This document shows, piece by piece, positions 48,229 through 62,366 of a stretch of 64,000 bases of DNA. The stretch is from the NCBI GenBank assembly GCA_973895155.1, contig OZ316891.1, positions 18,560,948-18,624,947 on the forward strand, read 5' to 3'. Every line of letters begins with the position of its first letter. The stretch's first letter is position 1. Below the pieces are notes generated by a model, which saw only the letters and a program-made list of their open reading frames with translations, was not told the DNA's origin and searched no databases. Origin of the DNA: Marsupella aquatica (taxonomy: Eukaryota; Plantae; Marchantiophyta). The translations under genes and the position numbers were made by a program.

Positions 48229-50898
48229 AACGGAGTGTTTGTTTCTGCACGAGGCTCGTGTAGGGCCTCCTCATTTTGCCTTACCAAGGAAGGTTTAGGT
48301 AGACCATTTGGATCTGCACGAGGGTCGCATGGAGCGGCCTCGCTCTGGTCTCTAGGCTAGGGTCTACTAAAAGCAACATGGCTGTAGACCCGAGATTTGC
48401 ACGCTTTGGCCGTTTCTTGGTCTTGTCCAAATACGGAACTCCTCACTCTCTTTTCCCATTCTGCGGTTTCTAATTCACTTTCAATCTGCTGTTAATGTTA
48501 GTTTCTGTCGTCATTTGATTTGTGTTAGTTATCATATTTCTTAATCTGATTTTGAGAGGATCTCTTGAGTTCTCTCGATGAATCCACCAGTGACATCCAA
48601 GGACCTCGCCGTGACCAACAACTCAATAGAGGTTTCCCTGCCTCATAGCTCAAAGGAGGGGAACACCCCAAGGAGGTCATCCAAGATTTACACGCCTGCG
48701 GATGGGTTTGACCGTAATTGCAATTCTGACAAAGAAGGATCTTTTTTAAGAGAGTGTACTCGATGTAAAAGGTTTTTCTTGTCAGAACTCGATGGAGATA
48801 CTGTGGCTTTCCCGATTGTAAGACACCAAGAGAATAAAAAATGGATGATTCAAAGATAAGCCTTGGAGGAAATTCCGTGCCACCTATGGAGGGGCAGGAG
48901 GCATCGGGTGCAAGGAAAGCCAGAAAGATGCCCAGGGAGACTCTGAACAAAAGACGCCCCGAAAGACGCATGAAGGAAAACGTTAATGTCTACTATGGGA
49001 AGGGAAAGAAGCAATGGCGGGCTCCGATGGACCATCGAGCTTGGGCAAAGGAAGCATTCCTTGACTGTCGCAAATCCACTCCGGACTTGGATGAGTGGAT
49101 GCCATCTTCGTGGAACGATTAAGATTTGAAGCCATTTGGGAGAGTCTTAAGTGTTTGAAGCATTTTGAGGATAACGCGAGTCTTGCGTAGATATTCGACG
49201 CCGGAAAATTTAGATTGTGTTTGCTCACTTTTGTTTATGCTTTAAGCTGGTAAAGGAGATTTCCTTATCTGAAAGGTGTTTAGGAACCTGGACGTTGGTT
49301 GGAGGAATGCCTCTTGCAACTGTGAGATTGTAGATCAACCCTAAACCCAAATCTCTTTCTGCGCTAGTCTCGCGTAGAGCGTTGAGGTCCTTTTGTTCCT
49401 CCGCGATTGTCTTACCCACATCTCGGTGCCAGCTTCCTTGGGTAGTTTGGTTGGAGTCATCTTCCCAACAGATTTTGAATTCAGTTTTGGCATCAATGGC
49501 ATTGGTTTGAGGGATGCCTCTTCCAACATCAACTATTTTTGTGAATAATGAAAAGTTTTCATTTTCAAAATCATGTGCACGTTGTCAATCACTTGCATGA
49601 TATCTTCAACTCTGATGTATCTCGTTTTTTTGTGTCACCTCTTTCCTAAAACTTTGGAGGACACGATTATCGCGTAGAGTACACCGAGCAAGTAGACTTG
49701 ATTTCAAGTTACCCAATAGAGCTCAGCTTAGCGCAGATTCCTTGTCCGACGGCTGTCTAATCCTTGGGCTCTAGAAATCCCCCCCTTTGGGCCAAGCTTC
49801 TGACCCGGAGGCCTTCCTCTTGAGATTTTGTTAACATTGTGAATCATCTATGGGGTGATTAGAGAGGTCGAGTGATTCACAGAATTGGTCTCTGTCGCTC
49901 CTCACTCAGAGAGTTGACACTCTCGAGCGTAGAATATCAGAATTGGAAAGACGTAGCCCATCCCAGGTCGTGAAAATTAAAATGGGTGAAGGTGAAAGGT
50001 CAAAAGTGTTTGGCAAAAAAACATCTGACAGCGAACCTGCCCCCCGGTTGGTATCCCAGGCCTTGGAGTTTCAGGCTTCGGGGGGAAGATATCCGGAATT
50101 TTACTAACAGAAAGAAAGGGCTCTATAGAAAGTCCCTTGTCATACGCGGAAAGATCCGCGATATCTTCGATAGTTAGACCGTTGACCCATCAATCAAGGA
50201 ATTTATATTATGGAAGAAAAGTTCAATATAAAAAGGGCTCTAGCACATTTGATCTTAAATTCCTTCATCTTTGCATCTGTCGATAATAAGGGCAAGCTCC
50301 ACAAAGATTTGCACTATATAAAATGAGCACTCGATAGGATGAAAGAGAAAATCGACAGTTTCAATGGACAAGGTGCCCTTTGTGTTCATTCCAAAACTCC
50401 AATCTGAAAATTCCAAAACTCTAAACTAAATATTCCAAAACCTCATTTTAGAAATTCCAAAACCCCTTCTCTAAATTTCCAAAAAGCACTTTTCAATATT
50501 CCATTCTTGGGAAAATTTTCCAGAATTAGTGAAATGTCTGATAGAAGGAACATACGTTATTTCTTGTTCATCTGTGCCTCATTCCTTGGTTTTTATTTAC
50601 ACCCTCACTTTGAGTTCTGCTCTCTCTCTGTTAGAGGCTTCAACCTAGAAGGTAGCTCACTTTCTAGATTGAAGCCAAGAAAGTGTTGAGGCTTCAATAT
50701 GCGCTCTCTAATTATTTTGTTTTTTTGGTATTGTTACAACTACCACAAGTAAGTGTGACACAATACCCACTACTTTGAATGCCCATTCAAGCTTTACTCT
50801 TAAATTGATGGTGAGTACCAATTGTGCCCCAGTCCAATTTTACCCCATCCATACCAGTGTCCTCAAGTCATGTGAGTCTGAAGATTTCACTCTATCAT

Positions 50899-51208
50899 CT
50901 TGGGGGTCTCACTCCAAGGGGGTCCCATATTATGCTAGAAGTTTTGGGGGCATGCACACCCTAAAACACAAGTAAATAAAACTTTGTAAAGAAAAGTTTT
51001 TACCCTAAATTTTGTGAATATTTTTGGAATATTTTCATATATATTTGGTTTCAAAAACCATATGATTATTAGATTCTCAATATTGGATTAAAAAATTATT
51101 ATGTTTTTCCACAAAAATGTATAAGTCGTTTAATTACTAAACCCAATAAAAAAACCTTCTACTTATTTGCACATGATGGGCCGGAAGAAAAGAAATGAGT
51201 ACCCCGGG
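50899..51208. mobile_element. MITE, degenerate CTCGGGGG family, 310 bp
   Basis: Ends CTTGGGGGTCTCA / TGAGTACCCCGGG and 8-bp TSD TCTATCAT. Confidence 0.8.
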
Positions 51209-54200
51209 TCTATCATTCAGGCTTTAGGCTCTTATCTTAGATTTAGATTGTGCTTTTATTAGATAGATTGCACAACTGACTTGTAGGTACTAAAGAAAAT
51301 AGCTACTTTACTTCATTTTTCCAATATATAATTAATTTCTACAACTGCCACAACTGCTTGAATGTGGTGATACACACACTAGTGGGACTCAAGCTCGATT
51401 GGCCAACAGTCTCTTCCCTTCCCCACATGTTGCCTCACACCAATACTTGCCACCAAAGTCAAGGTCTCAAGGCTTCACTCTAGACAATAGGCTCTAGACT
51501 GTACCTTCAAGAATGTGTATTGGAAGCAACTTGATGTAAACACTGATTTATTGATGATGAAAACCTTGTTTTTCTTGTTAGGACCTGGAAAATTTTGTTG
51601 GACTTGTGCTGAAATCCACAACACAATCATGTTTCACATCATTTCAAATTATGCTATCCTGGTCGTCCCTTTGTAGTTGGTACTAACTGCAACCCTGCCA
51701 ACTGCTTCCAGGAGGCACCAGTAGTTTAGGGTTACTGTTTGAAAATTTAAAAGACTCATTACTTGTTATCGTGCAAACTTTGAATGGATAGCATTTTCTT
51801 ATTGCAATGCATTTATTCAAACTTGAACATGTCGGAGGTCCTGAAGCCAATCATTTGGGTAGAGACCCAACTTGCTGTGCAGGTTGGTGTCGTTGAACAT
51901 AATCATAGTTTTCAAGGTCTTTGTAATGCAACCAGTTTGTAGAGTGTCTCCACACTATTTTATTGGCACCTTGACCCTCATTTCATGTATGGGGTTAACT
52001 CAACTGCCTAAGATACTTGGAGTTTCCAGGTAATTGGTCTGGCACCTTGTGGCAAGGTGCTATACACCCAACCTTAACCTATTTAAAATTGTTGCCCCTC
52101 ACCCGGCGTGAACATTGGTGGCCCTCTTGCACTCACAGAACTTGAACTTGCCTAGTGCAGTTGCTGCACCTGTGCTTACATGAACCTCTGCTGTATTCAT
52201 AATGGGGGAATTGGCCAACCTGGTGTGGGGTTAGTTTAGTAAGGATTTTGATCACAACAGACAGTGCCCGTGACAAAAGTCCCTATATATGTAAAGCAGG
52301 CCACAGACTTTTCAAGGGTCCTCTTTCTAGGTGTATGCAAATCTGCCCAACCTGGCACTCCCAACCCTCCCCATATATCCCCGACTCCCTGACTAGACCG
52401 TGAAACAGATTTTGTGACCTCACTATTGTCTCTGTGGACAACATTGCTGAGTGAAATGTTTCAAGGCACAATAAAAATGAGGCATAGACATGTGCTCGAC
52501 ATGTGTTTTGACATGTGACCATACAGGAAAAAAAAGGTCAGTCAGGTACATATTTGCTGTTTAGTGAGGGTCAAGATGCACTTATGCAAACTGCCATTTT
52601 GGATGCATTTACAAATTAAGAAAATGCCTGTAGTGTTAGGGAACTCCATGCCCGGCCTATTAGGGAAGCACTAAATGCAATTATTGATGGTAAGCTTAGG
52701 CAATTTGGATAACTCAGGGACAACATAGTTTAGATTTCCCCATCATAGTCTTTTACCTTCCTGTCCCCCTTCCTGTCCCTAAAACTGAAATTGAAGCTTG
52801 GATGTACCTCCATGTCTGCCAAAAGGCTCGGATATTTTTACGACCTAAATGGACTCCGACAAAACCCTCTCTGCTCATGTCAGTAGTACAAACTTTGCAG
52901 ATGTCTGAGTGAAATGTGGCAAGAAAATGAGACAATTGCCCCTGAAAATTTGTAGGTCTCTCAATTCTCACCTACATTTGAGGATATTAATTATAAGCTC
53001 ATTGGAAAACATTTCCAAGTAGTTTGTGATGAACACAGGAAAATAAGATGCCATTGGATATTGAAGGAGATATTGGACCTCAAAGGTACTAGGTGCTAAA
53101 ATGCTTCTGGAAGCCAAAAGTGAGTGATGGGTGATCTTTAAGAATTAATAACCCGCTCCCAATTCATCTTAAGAAAAGTTAGATATATTTGAGGATATAT
53201 TAGAATTGTTGGAAAGATCTCTCCAAGTGACTTCCAACAAGCTCAGAGCCAATTTAGCTGAACTGTCCATGGTGTTTGCACGGGGGTTTGCATGGTTCAT
53301 GAGCTAGGTCCATGGGAGCATCACTGTCCCCACAACTAGTCAGTATTACTAACCTCAAATAAATTTAATTACCAAATTGCTCCCCATTTTTTGTAGGTGT
53401 GTTGACTTAACAAGACTAGACTAACCTGCGAGACATGTAATTGGTGTGGACCAGGCAAGCGTGGTAGCCCATAATTTGTCCAAGCTAATCAATACCAAGT
53501 GTAATTGTCAGGGATATGAGAGTGACCAAAATTGGGTTGTTTTTGCTTGTACATAGACAATAGCCTGGACAACAGTCTACATCCGCATTCTAGTGAGTTT
53601 TGGAGATAAATTGTACAACACAAAGTAGCAGAGAACCAATCCACAACAATTCCAAATAAACAACATTTTGAGGTCTCACTTTCTGCAAAAAAACACATCA
53701 TGTGTGATGAAGATTACTTTACTGGTCCTTAGAGAAGACTTTATAAAACCTTTGTGAAAGAAGTTTAGATTCTTTTAAATTCAATTCTGAGGCTTATAAG
53801 AAAGATAGAGCTTTTTAAACCAGGTTTTGGAATATTCAAATTAATAGGGATAAACACAATTTAGGGTGTGAAAGGACTCAGAACCTTCCAGGGTGATGAA
53901 GGCTCCATATAGTGAAATCCCAAGCATTCACACCAACATAGAGATATGTGGGTCACCCTGTCAGTGCGGTTACATCGACAGCTGTGATAAGAAGTCCACA
54001 GTGCATAATCCTATGCATTAGCCATAGCCTTGCACACCCCTACATACTCTTACTTCCTCTCCTCTCTCGTACTAGTAAAGACTGATCTCCGAGTGTTTGC
54101 ACAATGATTTGCTATTCAAGGACATAAGCCCTCTCCAATAGTCAAAGCTCAACTGCCCTTAACTGTGGTTAACCAACACTCCAGTTAACCCATCCAGACA

Positions 54201-56079
54201 CTAAGGTTAAGTACCAACAAGTGTTTGATGAAAGAACCTGGTCCAGGGTGAAGGTACAGTAGGAGAGGGTTAGCACAGGCAAATTGCAAGCCTAGATGGG
54301 GGCAGCCGATAAATGAAATTAGTTTTGACTGCACGCTTGGAGTATCCTAGTCCAAACACACCTGCTTGAAGTATCCCCAGTCCAAACACACGTGAGGGGA
54401 GACCAAAATTAGTAATTTCTAGTAATTTTCAGGCCAAGTTTTTCCGCAAACTTTAAGAATAGGATAATTTCCTGGTTCTTATAATGCCCTGAAAAACACG
54501 GGCGACAACCCAAGTTTTGAGGGCATTATTCTCATAATGCCAGTAACTAGGACATTAATGTACGTAAAACTTGAGTGATTTTTTGGTAACAAACAAGAAA
54601 AGTGAATGTCCGAATAGAAAATCCAAGCAAAAGTGCCTGCAATTGGCCAAAGGCATGAAAGAAGTTCAAAACAAATCTTGTGATTTTGATACAAGGTTAT
54701 TATGTAATTTTATTTGGTAACACTATTTTTGGGTTTTACCTTTCCTATTTTTGTGATACTTCACACAATGCCCTCCTCAAAAGAAAGGAAGCTGTATGGA
54801 AAATTAATGCACTCAAAAATACAAAGAGAAAAATCATTAAAAAAATTATAGTTTGCCCAAAGAGGCATGACTTTGTGGTAGCTCACTTGAATGAGTAGAG
54901 ACTAATAGGTATTGGGTTCCGCTATTGTGGGCTGACTCTTCCCAACTATTGTGGCCGACTCTTCCCTTTCTATGAGGTTTCACAGATTTCCCTTAAAAAT
55001 TATTATAAAAATAAATAAAAATCTTTATGCTTTGAGACACTCGTGAGAGGAAACCAAAACTAGTAATTTTTGGACCAAGTTTTCCACAAACTTTAAGGTT
55101 TGAGACGCTATAGTACCTCCTTGTATCGTTGTACCTGTTGCTCCGGTACTTCAGTGATCGGTCACCGGTGATGGCCAGTTGCTTTCGAATTGTGTGGGCC
55201 GTCAAACAAACTCAAATTGAATAATAATAGATAATGCGATTGATGAGCAGTGTAAATGAATGGCTCTCTCGCTTGCAGCAATGCATCCTGTGGCAAAGCC
55301 GGCTCTGGGGCCGTAACAGCCGCCGAAAGCACCCGGCTACCCGATTGCATCGATAAGATTGATGCTGTGGAGTGAGGGACAAAACAATTACACTACAATC
55401 CCGGATTTCAGTGGATAGCTTTCTTGGAACGACCGCCTACGTGCAATCGCACTCTTCTCACTCTCACGGATTGTGTTGATCAGAAAGATATTGGGTTGAG
55501 ACAACAATTCCACCACAATCCTTTACTTTATTCCAAGCTTTTCTAGGAAAGGCCCTCAACACTGACGTCTCGGCTCATGGACTGTATTGACGAGAATGGT
55601 GATGGGATGAAGGTGTGGAAATCCCACCATAATCCCAAGTTTGTATAGTACAGCTTTTCTTGAATCCCACCATAATCCGACGTGCAATTCCACTCGGCTC
55701 ACAGATTGTATGATGAGAATGATGTTGGAATGAGGGAGAGGACACTTATAACGCAATCTCGGGTTTTACTGTATAGCCTTTCTTGGACACGACCGATCAC
55801 CGACGTGCAATTCCACTCGGCTTATGGATTGTCCTGATGAGAGCTTACTCCTTGTTTAGAATGGTCGTGATTTTGCAAAACTTGGAGACTTTCTCTTCTC
55901 ACAAGTTTCTTAGAAACTCATGTCACCTGACAAGTGATAACTTCACGTTGTAATAACCACCTCTGAAACTGTTACCATGCAGCGACAATCCCCGCTCAAA
56001 GTGTGTTGCAATGCAATACATATCATAAGAAGGGGTCTTCGACAGCAATGTCCATCATTTACCCGCAGAAAGATTTACA

Positions 56080-58010
56080 CTACTTAGAGATCAAGCTCAC
56101 AATCCACACTGAAGAGTCTAACCGGAGATATTGAGGGTTCCTCGTCACCTTCTTCTTGATAAGTTCCTCATACCGTTCCCACATCACCTCCACAAGCTCA
56201 TTGCCAAAATAAGCTTGGAAAACATTATCCGTCACAGATTTGAAAATGCCCATCACCCTTTTAGATATTTCACTAGCATTTGAGGTTGCAAAGAATTCAG
56301 CGGCACTGATTTCATATCTGTGCAATTTAGCTGTCAACACAGTAAACAAAGAAGCACAAGATGCTAGTGCTTCGTCTACATCTTCAATTGTACGGGAATA
56401 GATTGGAATGCTGAATGCATCACGCTTTTGCTCAGATAGGAGGCCCTGTAAAGAGGTATGTGATTGATTTAGCGGCCAAGGTAGCCTCAGAGTATCACTA
56501 TTGAAAACGAAAGGAAGAAAACAATTTAAAAGATTAGCAATGAAATCCCACGAACTTGAATCTAAAGTGCAAAGTACGAGTGACCCCCGAATAACCTTGA
56601 TCGCATGCATGAATTCCGAAAGATCTGGGTCATACTTATTATGAAGGACCTTGGCTGGTACTGTGAGGTCCCCATGAACGAGTGAGAAGACTAAGCGGTA
56701 GAAAATCATTGCTCTATCATGACGTGCAAGCTCAACTACCGAAGACTTTTCAAGTTCATAAGAATCCTTACGAGAATCACAGACTTAGAGAAAATGCATG
56801 AGTGGGTCCTTGCAACTGCGTACCTCCGCGCTTAGCTCACTCCAGACTTCATCGAGATCCGCCGAAAATGCATCCACAAGATCATCCATGGTAGAATTTG
56901 GCTCCGGGGCTGATTTCCCCATAAACACCATAAACAACAATCCTCCTGAAACCAGCTCTGTTGATCTAACTAGGAGAAAGTTCCTCAGGTCCAAGGAGGC
57001 TTGTGGTTTAAAAGTTTCTGGTATAGAGCGCGATGTAGGAAACTGCCTTATCCGTCTGCTTCCTCGTCCATCTGCAGAGTTCTGCAAATCATAATTCCAT
57101 TAAGCTTTATAGTCAAACTTCCAATCAGGATAAGCAATCGACATCGTTTTGAGTGGTTGCAGAGCTGCCTTACGATCCATGAGTATGTCTAATGCTTTCA
57201 AGGACAAGCTTGACGGGAGTAATCACTATCGCTGCTGTTTGTCGTTTCACCTAGAGCAAGAGATTCACTCTGTCTCTGTTTTCCTAAACCAATTTCATCA
57301 CTAACGATGAAGAGTGTATCGGCATCTACATCAGTCCAAAGCGGAGTCCATTCAACAGTGTGCATAAACAGTCAACCAGAAAATCCTTTGCTCAATAGGG
57401 ATTCGGATGTAAACGAACACAAGCGAATAGCCTGATGAGGATGACAAACCTCAGAGAGCCAATGAAGACCGCTGGACGAATGGAAGACATGGACAGATGA
57501 CCGAGGAAAAAGACGGCCAAAATAGGAACCTGGCACTCCAGATGCGAAGAAATTCTGCGCTCTAGGATCATTGCCTAAGTGCTGGAACAGAGTATTGAAG
57601 TCATTACTGGTCAGATCATTAAAATATGCTTGGAATTCAGTATCTTGGGGCAACCTGTGTCTCAGTTTCTCAACCATGAAAGATACAATGTTGACGGCGT
57701 TAGGACCCGAAGAGCTGCCGAGATCTGCCAAGATCATTGGGCTTTCCTTAGAGGGAAGAGTCACTCGTTCGAGCGCTTCACCGAGAACTAACTGCGACAC
57801 TTGCTCGACGAATGAGCCTTGCAATTTCGAATTCCGACTGTAGCTCTCTTTCCCATCTCCGCTAACCATGGCGAAAACGTTCTGACGAGGTTCTCCTGTC
57901 TGGTCCACCAAGTACAAGCCATCACCAGGACCACCAGTCCTACCCTGATGACTTGCCTCCGTAATCACTCCATCCTGAGTTCTTTCCGCAGCCATCGTCG
58001 TGATATTCAT
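56080..58010 (-). CDS. SABATH-family SAM-dependent carboxyl methyltransferase (Methyltransf_7); exons ~58010-57450, ~57081-56824, 56445-56080
   Basis: SYSRNSKLQ, ADLGSSSGPNA, YFNDLTSNDFNTLF, GVPGSYFGRLFP, GLHWLS, DLRNFL..RSTELVSGG, KRDAFSIPIY. Donor sites are clear; the exon 2 acceptor is uncertain. Confidence 0.88.
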
Positions 58011-59596
58011 GCACGCCCTGTGTTTGTTCTATTTGACGAGACTCTTTGGTGCACACAAATGTGCAAACCAAGAGAGCAGAACTCACGTGTAAGGTTGAAA
58101 AAAGCGATGGTTTCATAATCAACTTTCGAGACTTCCAACTTACCGGTGCAACATAATCAGTACTCAAGCAGCATAAGAGAATTGCATCTGGATTCCCCTT
58201 TCGCTTTATACCGATTACACATACTTGCATAACCAACCTTTCCCGAAGAAAGATTCCCATAGGGATGATCGAACAAGGCAACTGAAGACCGACTGGTCAA
58301 TGAGTACGCTCGGCTACGCTGCAGTGAAACAAGCTCTTCATCAAACAATAATTCTGCACATCAATTGTTGACTCACATCCGCACGGAGGTATTCTATGTT
58401 GCGTCCGCACGGAGGTATTCTCATCCGCACGGAGGTATTCTATGTTGCGAGCAAACAGTAGATTTTGATAGCTAGACAATAATGGTTCCAATTTTTTGCT
58501 TTTTGGTGACTTTTACATTTTTTGTGTTTTTTTAAAGGCTGCAAATGGCTAGCTCGCTAGCAAAAAGGGAGTCCCCAAAAGAGATGTTACCAGCCAGGTA
58601 GTTGATAACAGCAAGGTAGTTGATAGGGAGGTAATTGCATGTAGAAAAATAGGGGTCATGCAAGAATTTTTTCTGCTGGTGCGAGGAAAAATTTTACTGT
58701 TTGCTCACACGTTACAATTACCCATCCGCACGACAGATTTTCGTTTCACGTCAGCTAATTTCGTTCCAATCTAGTTGCAAGGTTTCAGGATATTACTCTC
58801 CCTGAATCTGTTATGCAATGGAGTCTTTCATATGCAAGGGCTCGTACTCTAATCGAACCTGAGTGCTGTAGCAATAGTATCTGATGGTATCTGGCAGTGC
58901 TGCATATGAGAGTCTCCAACTGTGTACGCTTACTGTATACATTACCCTGGACCCAAACCCAAACCGGGGGACCGGCTTTCTAAACCGGAGAGTCCGGGGG
59001 AGCGCAAGACCAGGCCGGGAAGGGGTCCGGGAGAAGTCAGGACCAGTTGGGGAATAAAGAGGAATATGCATCATTTGACCCCTTTCTGAGCTGTAATGTG
59101 ATGAGTTTCAGTGTCAGGCAACACATAAACTTGCCAGTAAGCTCAACCCGGGCTTACTGGGTTTGGTCAACATAGCATTATAGTAGACCCCAATAACCAG
59201 TGGAGATACTCCATTGCGACTAGTACTTTGCAAAGCTACACCTTTATTGTCAGTGTGAGATATGAAAGGAGCAAAAAGGAGGAACTTCATTAACCACGGC
59301 TTACAGGTGCTGTCCATTTTTTTCAGGGCATTGCAAAATGAACTTCCTTGGTTTTCTCTTAGCAAATTTCAGGTATTAATGGAGAAAAATGATTCAGAGA
59401 GAGAAATCCCTGTAATGTCATTAAATGTGCCTTGGTTCTCTCCCACTACCTACCAGAAACCCACCCCGCGTTTTAACGTTTTGGCTAAGGTCCCTGACAC
59501 TTTTTCAGGCCAGACTCTTTCTCTAAATGCTGTCGCTGCCCCTGCCCGCCTTTCAATTACTTGGATCACGAGGAAGCTAGCAGAGTCAACAGAAAA

Positions 59597-60246
59597 GTCA
59601 ACCATTCTTAGTTTTGTAACTTTCTATAATGATAAAACAATATCAATCTTTGGAATACAAACAACAATAAATTTATCGCAACTTTCATTCCTCCTTATAT
59701 TTTGGGTACTCCTGGTTGGTCTCTCGAGGTTAGATCCATTAGCACGAGGTTTTGAGTAAAAACTATTATCCCTATTATTATCTTGTATTGAAAGATAATA
59801 TAGACAACATAACACCGCTGTTAGATTGGGCTCATTGAGGGCTTCAAAATGAGTCCAAACATGACTATCTATGTAAATCCACAAATAACATGTCAACCAT
59901 TTTTAGTTTTGTAATTTTCTATAATGATAAAACAATATCAATCTTTGGAATACAAACAACGATAAATTTATCGTAACTTTCATTCTTCCTTATATTTTGG
60001 GTACTCCTGGTTGGTCGCTCGAGGTTAGATCCATTAGCATGAGGTTTTGAGTAAAAAATATTGTCCCTATTATTATCTTGTATTGAAAGATAATATGGAC
60101 AACATAACATCGCTATTAGACTGGGCTCATTGAGGGCTTCAAAATGAGTTCAAACATGACTATCTATGTACACCCACAAACAACATACCAACAATTCTTA
60201 GTTTTGTAACTTTCTATAATGATAAAACAATATCAATCTTTGGAAT
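59597..60246. repeat. ~295-bp tandem duplication (2.2 units)
   Basis: TTAGTTTTGTAA..ATAATGATAAAACAATATCAATCTTTGGAAT recurs at ~59607, ~59902 and ~60197. Confidence 0.9.
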
Positions 60247-60314
60247 CTATCGGAGACACACTTCTAGTTTAGCCTGACTCATGTAGAAGTCATGTCTTCT
60301 AGGTCAATCTTTGC

Positions 60315-60610
60315 AATTTATCGGAGTCTCAAATAATCCTTAATCCATTAGATGAATGGAGACTCTGATAAATTTATCGGAGTCTCAAATAATCCTTAAT
60401 CCGTCAAAGGAATGAAGACTCTGATAAATTTATCGGAGTCTCAACTAATCCTCAATCCGTCAAAGGAATGTCAACTCCGATAAATTTATTGAAGTCTCAA
60501 ATAATCCTTAATCCGTCAAAGGAATGAAGACTCCGATAAATTTATCGGAGTCGACTCAAATAATCCTTAATCCGTCAAAGGAATGAAGACTCTGATAAAT
60601 TTATCGGACC
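60315..60610. repeat. ~56-bp tandem repeats built on the palindrome GACTCCGATAAATTTATCGGAGTC
   Basis: About five units. The mirror copy starts at ~63920 and runs off the window. Confidence 0.9.
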
Positions 60611-61376
60611 TTGAATATAGTATATGGAATGATTGCTCACTCCTATAATTCTATTTGATGTTCTTCAAACATATTCAATTCTTCAAAGGAATGCAACTGA
60701 GGAATGCAAAATGCGATAAATTTATCGCAATCCGCTCGGGTCAGGACATTGCCACCAAATGACAAGTCAACCTTACATAGATGTTACTCGAACTGGAATT
60801 GTAGTTCCGATAAATTTATCGGGTTCTCTAGAGAAAGAGTCAAGTCTCTTGTGAGGAATGTAAGACTTGATAGGAGTCCAGTATTCGCTCTGAGTGAGGT
60901 GTTGTTTGCTCCGGAAAAAATAAACCTTTTATGGGCAGCCACTCCTCTTTATATAGGGGATGCTCTAACCATGGTTACTTTTCCCCGTTAACCATGGTTA
61001 CATTTGCACTAACCCGGGTTAGTACGTGGTCGACCCTCGATTACGTGGTTCGGACCAATTTACTCACAATTCGGACTTTTTCACAGACCGAATGTAAAAC
61101 CCGATGCACGTATCGCTCCTTGCATTCCTGCGGCGATGCAATGTAGGCAACTCGTGTTTTTTCAATTTTTTCGGCAGTTTTATCGGAGATTGCAATGTTG
61201 CTGTAGAAAAAAATGGAATCGAGCTAAACGAGAAGTGTGTCACACTTCTTGGTCGGTCCGAAATCGTGTTTACATTGAGTTTTTGAAGAAGAGTTGTAAG
61301 GATGAGACCTCTGCATATTGTGAGAGGTTTCTTTTGGTGAAATATTGGGAGATGGTGGTGCAAGTATTATCTGGGG

Positions 61377-61671
61377 CTCGGGGGTCTCACTATATGGATG
61401 TCACCCCATCCCCTATGACTTTTTTAGGCCTCGGACCCCCTAAAATGTAAGAAAAAAATTATTTTTCAACCCCTATAAATTTGGAATATTCTTGGAATAT
61501 TCTAAAAATTTGGTTAGAAAGACCCTAATGTTCTTATAAGTCCCAAAATTGAATTTAAAAGACCCTATTGTTTCTCTACAAAAATTCTTAAGTCTTCCCT
61601 TCAAACCAATAAAATGACCATATCCTTCGTCGCACTTGATGTGCCATTTTTGTGGAAATGAAACCCCCGAG
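61377..61671. mobile_element. MITE, CTCGGGGG family, 295 bp
   Basis: TIR CTCGGGGGT.TCA and 8-bp TSD ATCTGGGG. Confidence 0.9.
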
Positions 61672-61803
61672 ATCTGGGGAGCTTACAATTGAAGGGGAGG
61701 CAGAACATTTAATATAGTTGGCATTATTTGACATATGAGTTCTGGCCAAAAACCAACCACGAAACTGGTTACAAGGTGAATAGTACAGGAGCCTAGTAGT
61801 AGT

Positions 61804-62090
61804 CTCGGGGGGTTAACTATCAAAACTCTTAGGAACCACGTGCGATCCAAAATAGGTATTTTTGACAGATTTTAACTAAATTTTTAAAAAGCGTAGGAGG
61901 CAAAAGAAGGTATTATAAACTCATGTTTATAGAATATTCTTTAATATATACCCTTTATAAAGTAAAATAGGTTAGAAATATTGAAAATAGAGAATATTCT
62001 TGGAATGTTTTCTTTATAAAATAGGTCTATTTATATTAGGCTAGGATCGCATGTAGTACCCCAAAATATACACTTAGTTAACCCCCCGAG
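61804..62090. mobile_element. MITE, CTCGGGGG family, 287 bp
   Basis: TIR CTCGGGGGGTTAACTA and 8-bp TSD GTAGTAGT. Confidence 0.9.
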
Positions 62091-62366
62091 GTAGTAGTAC
62101 ACAGAATCCAGAAATTAATGGTGGAGCTTCAGAGTGAGTATCTAGAAGAGATGGGCCAAGGATCAAGCTTGCACCATTTCTTGGCACTGGACACGAGCAA
62201 GAACTTGCACGTTAAATTGCTCTCTAGGACATTCAAGAGGGCCACTTTGTATTTCTCCATCCAGAGGATGAATGGGAAAAGAAGAATGACCAATAATATT
62301 TCTGGTTGGTGAGAGCTTTGGGTGTTGTGGACCAAAACCATGAAGTTCCTTCGGGAGATTTGCAAT

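Larger units (their letters stand above)
1122..49680. mobile_element. Outer large DUF7869 (Sola-like) DNA transposon, heavily nested; true ends not located
   Basis: Divergent ParB-like cargo (-) and transposase (+). The same TCTACACGAGNCTCGTGTAGA-type palindrome recurs from 1122 to ~49680, seen only in segments outside the nested insertions. Confidence 0.55.

Noticed and set aside
48525-50180. Short ORFs and a candidate right end of the outer element (GATAGTT at ~50175)
   Set aside because: No recognisable domains, and the matching left TIR/TSD is outside the window, so the end cannot be verified.
51300-54400. Possible ancient LTR-retrotransposon remnant
   Set aside because: No confident protein motif, termini or TSD could be read.
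54400-55840. Imperfect direct repeats (54400/55050; 55430/55680/55800)
   Set aside because: Old local duplications without TIR, TSD or coding signal.
60315-60610. Palindromic repeats resembling a CRISPR array
   Set aside because: The intervening sequences are also repeated, the context is eukaryotic, and no cas genes are present.
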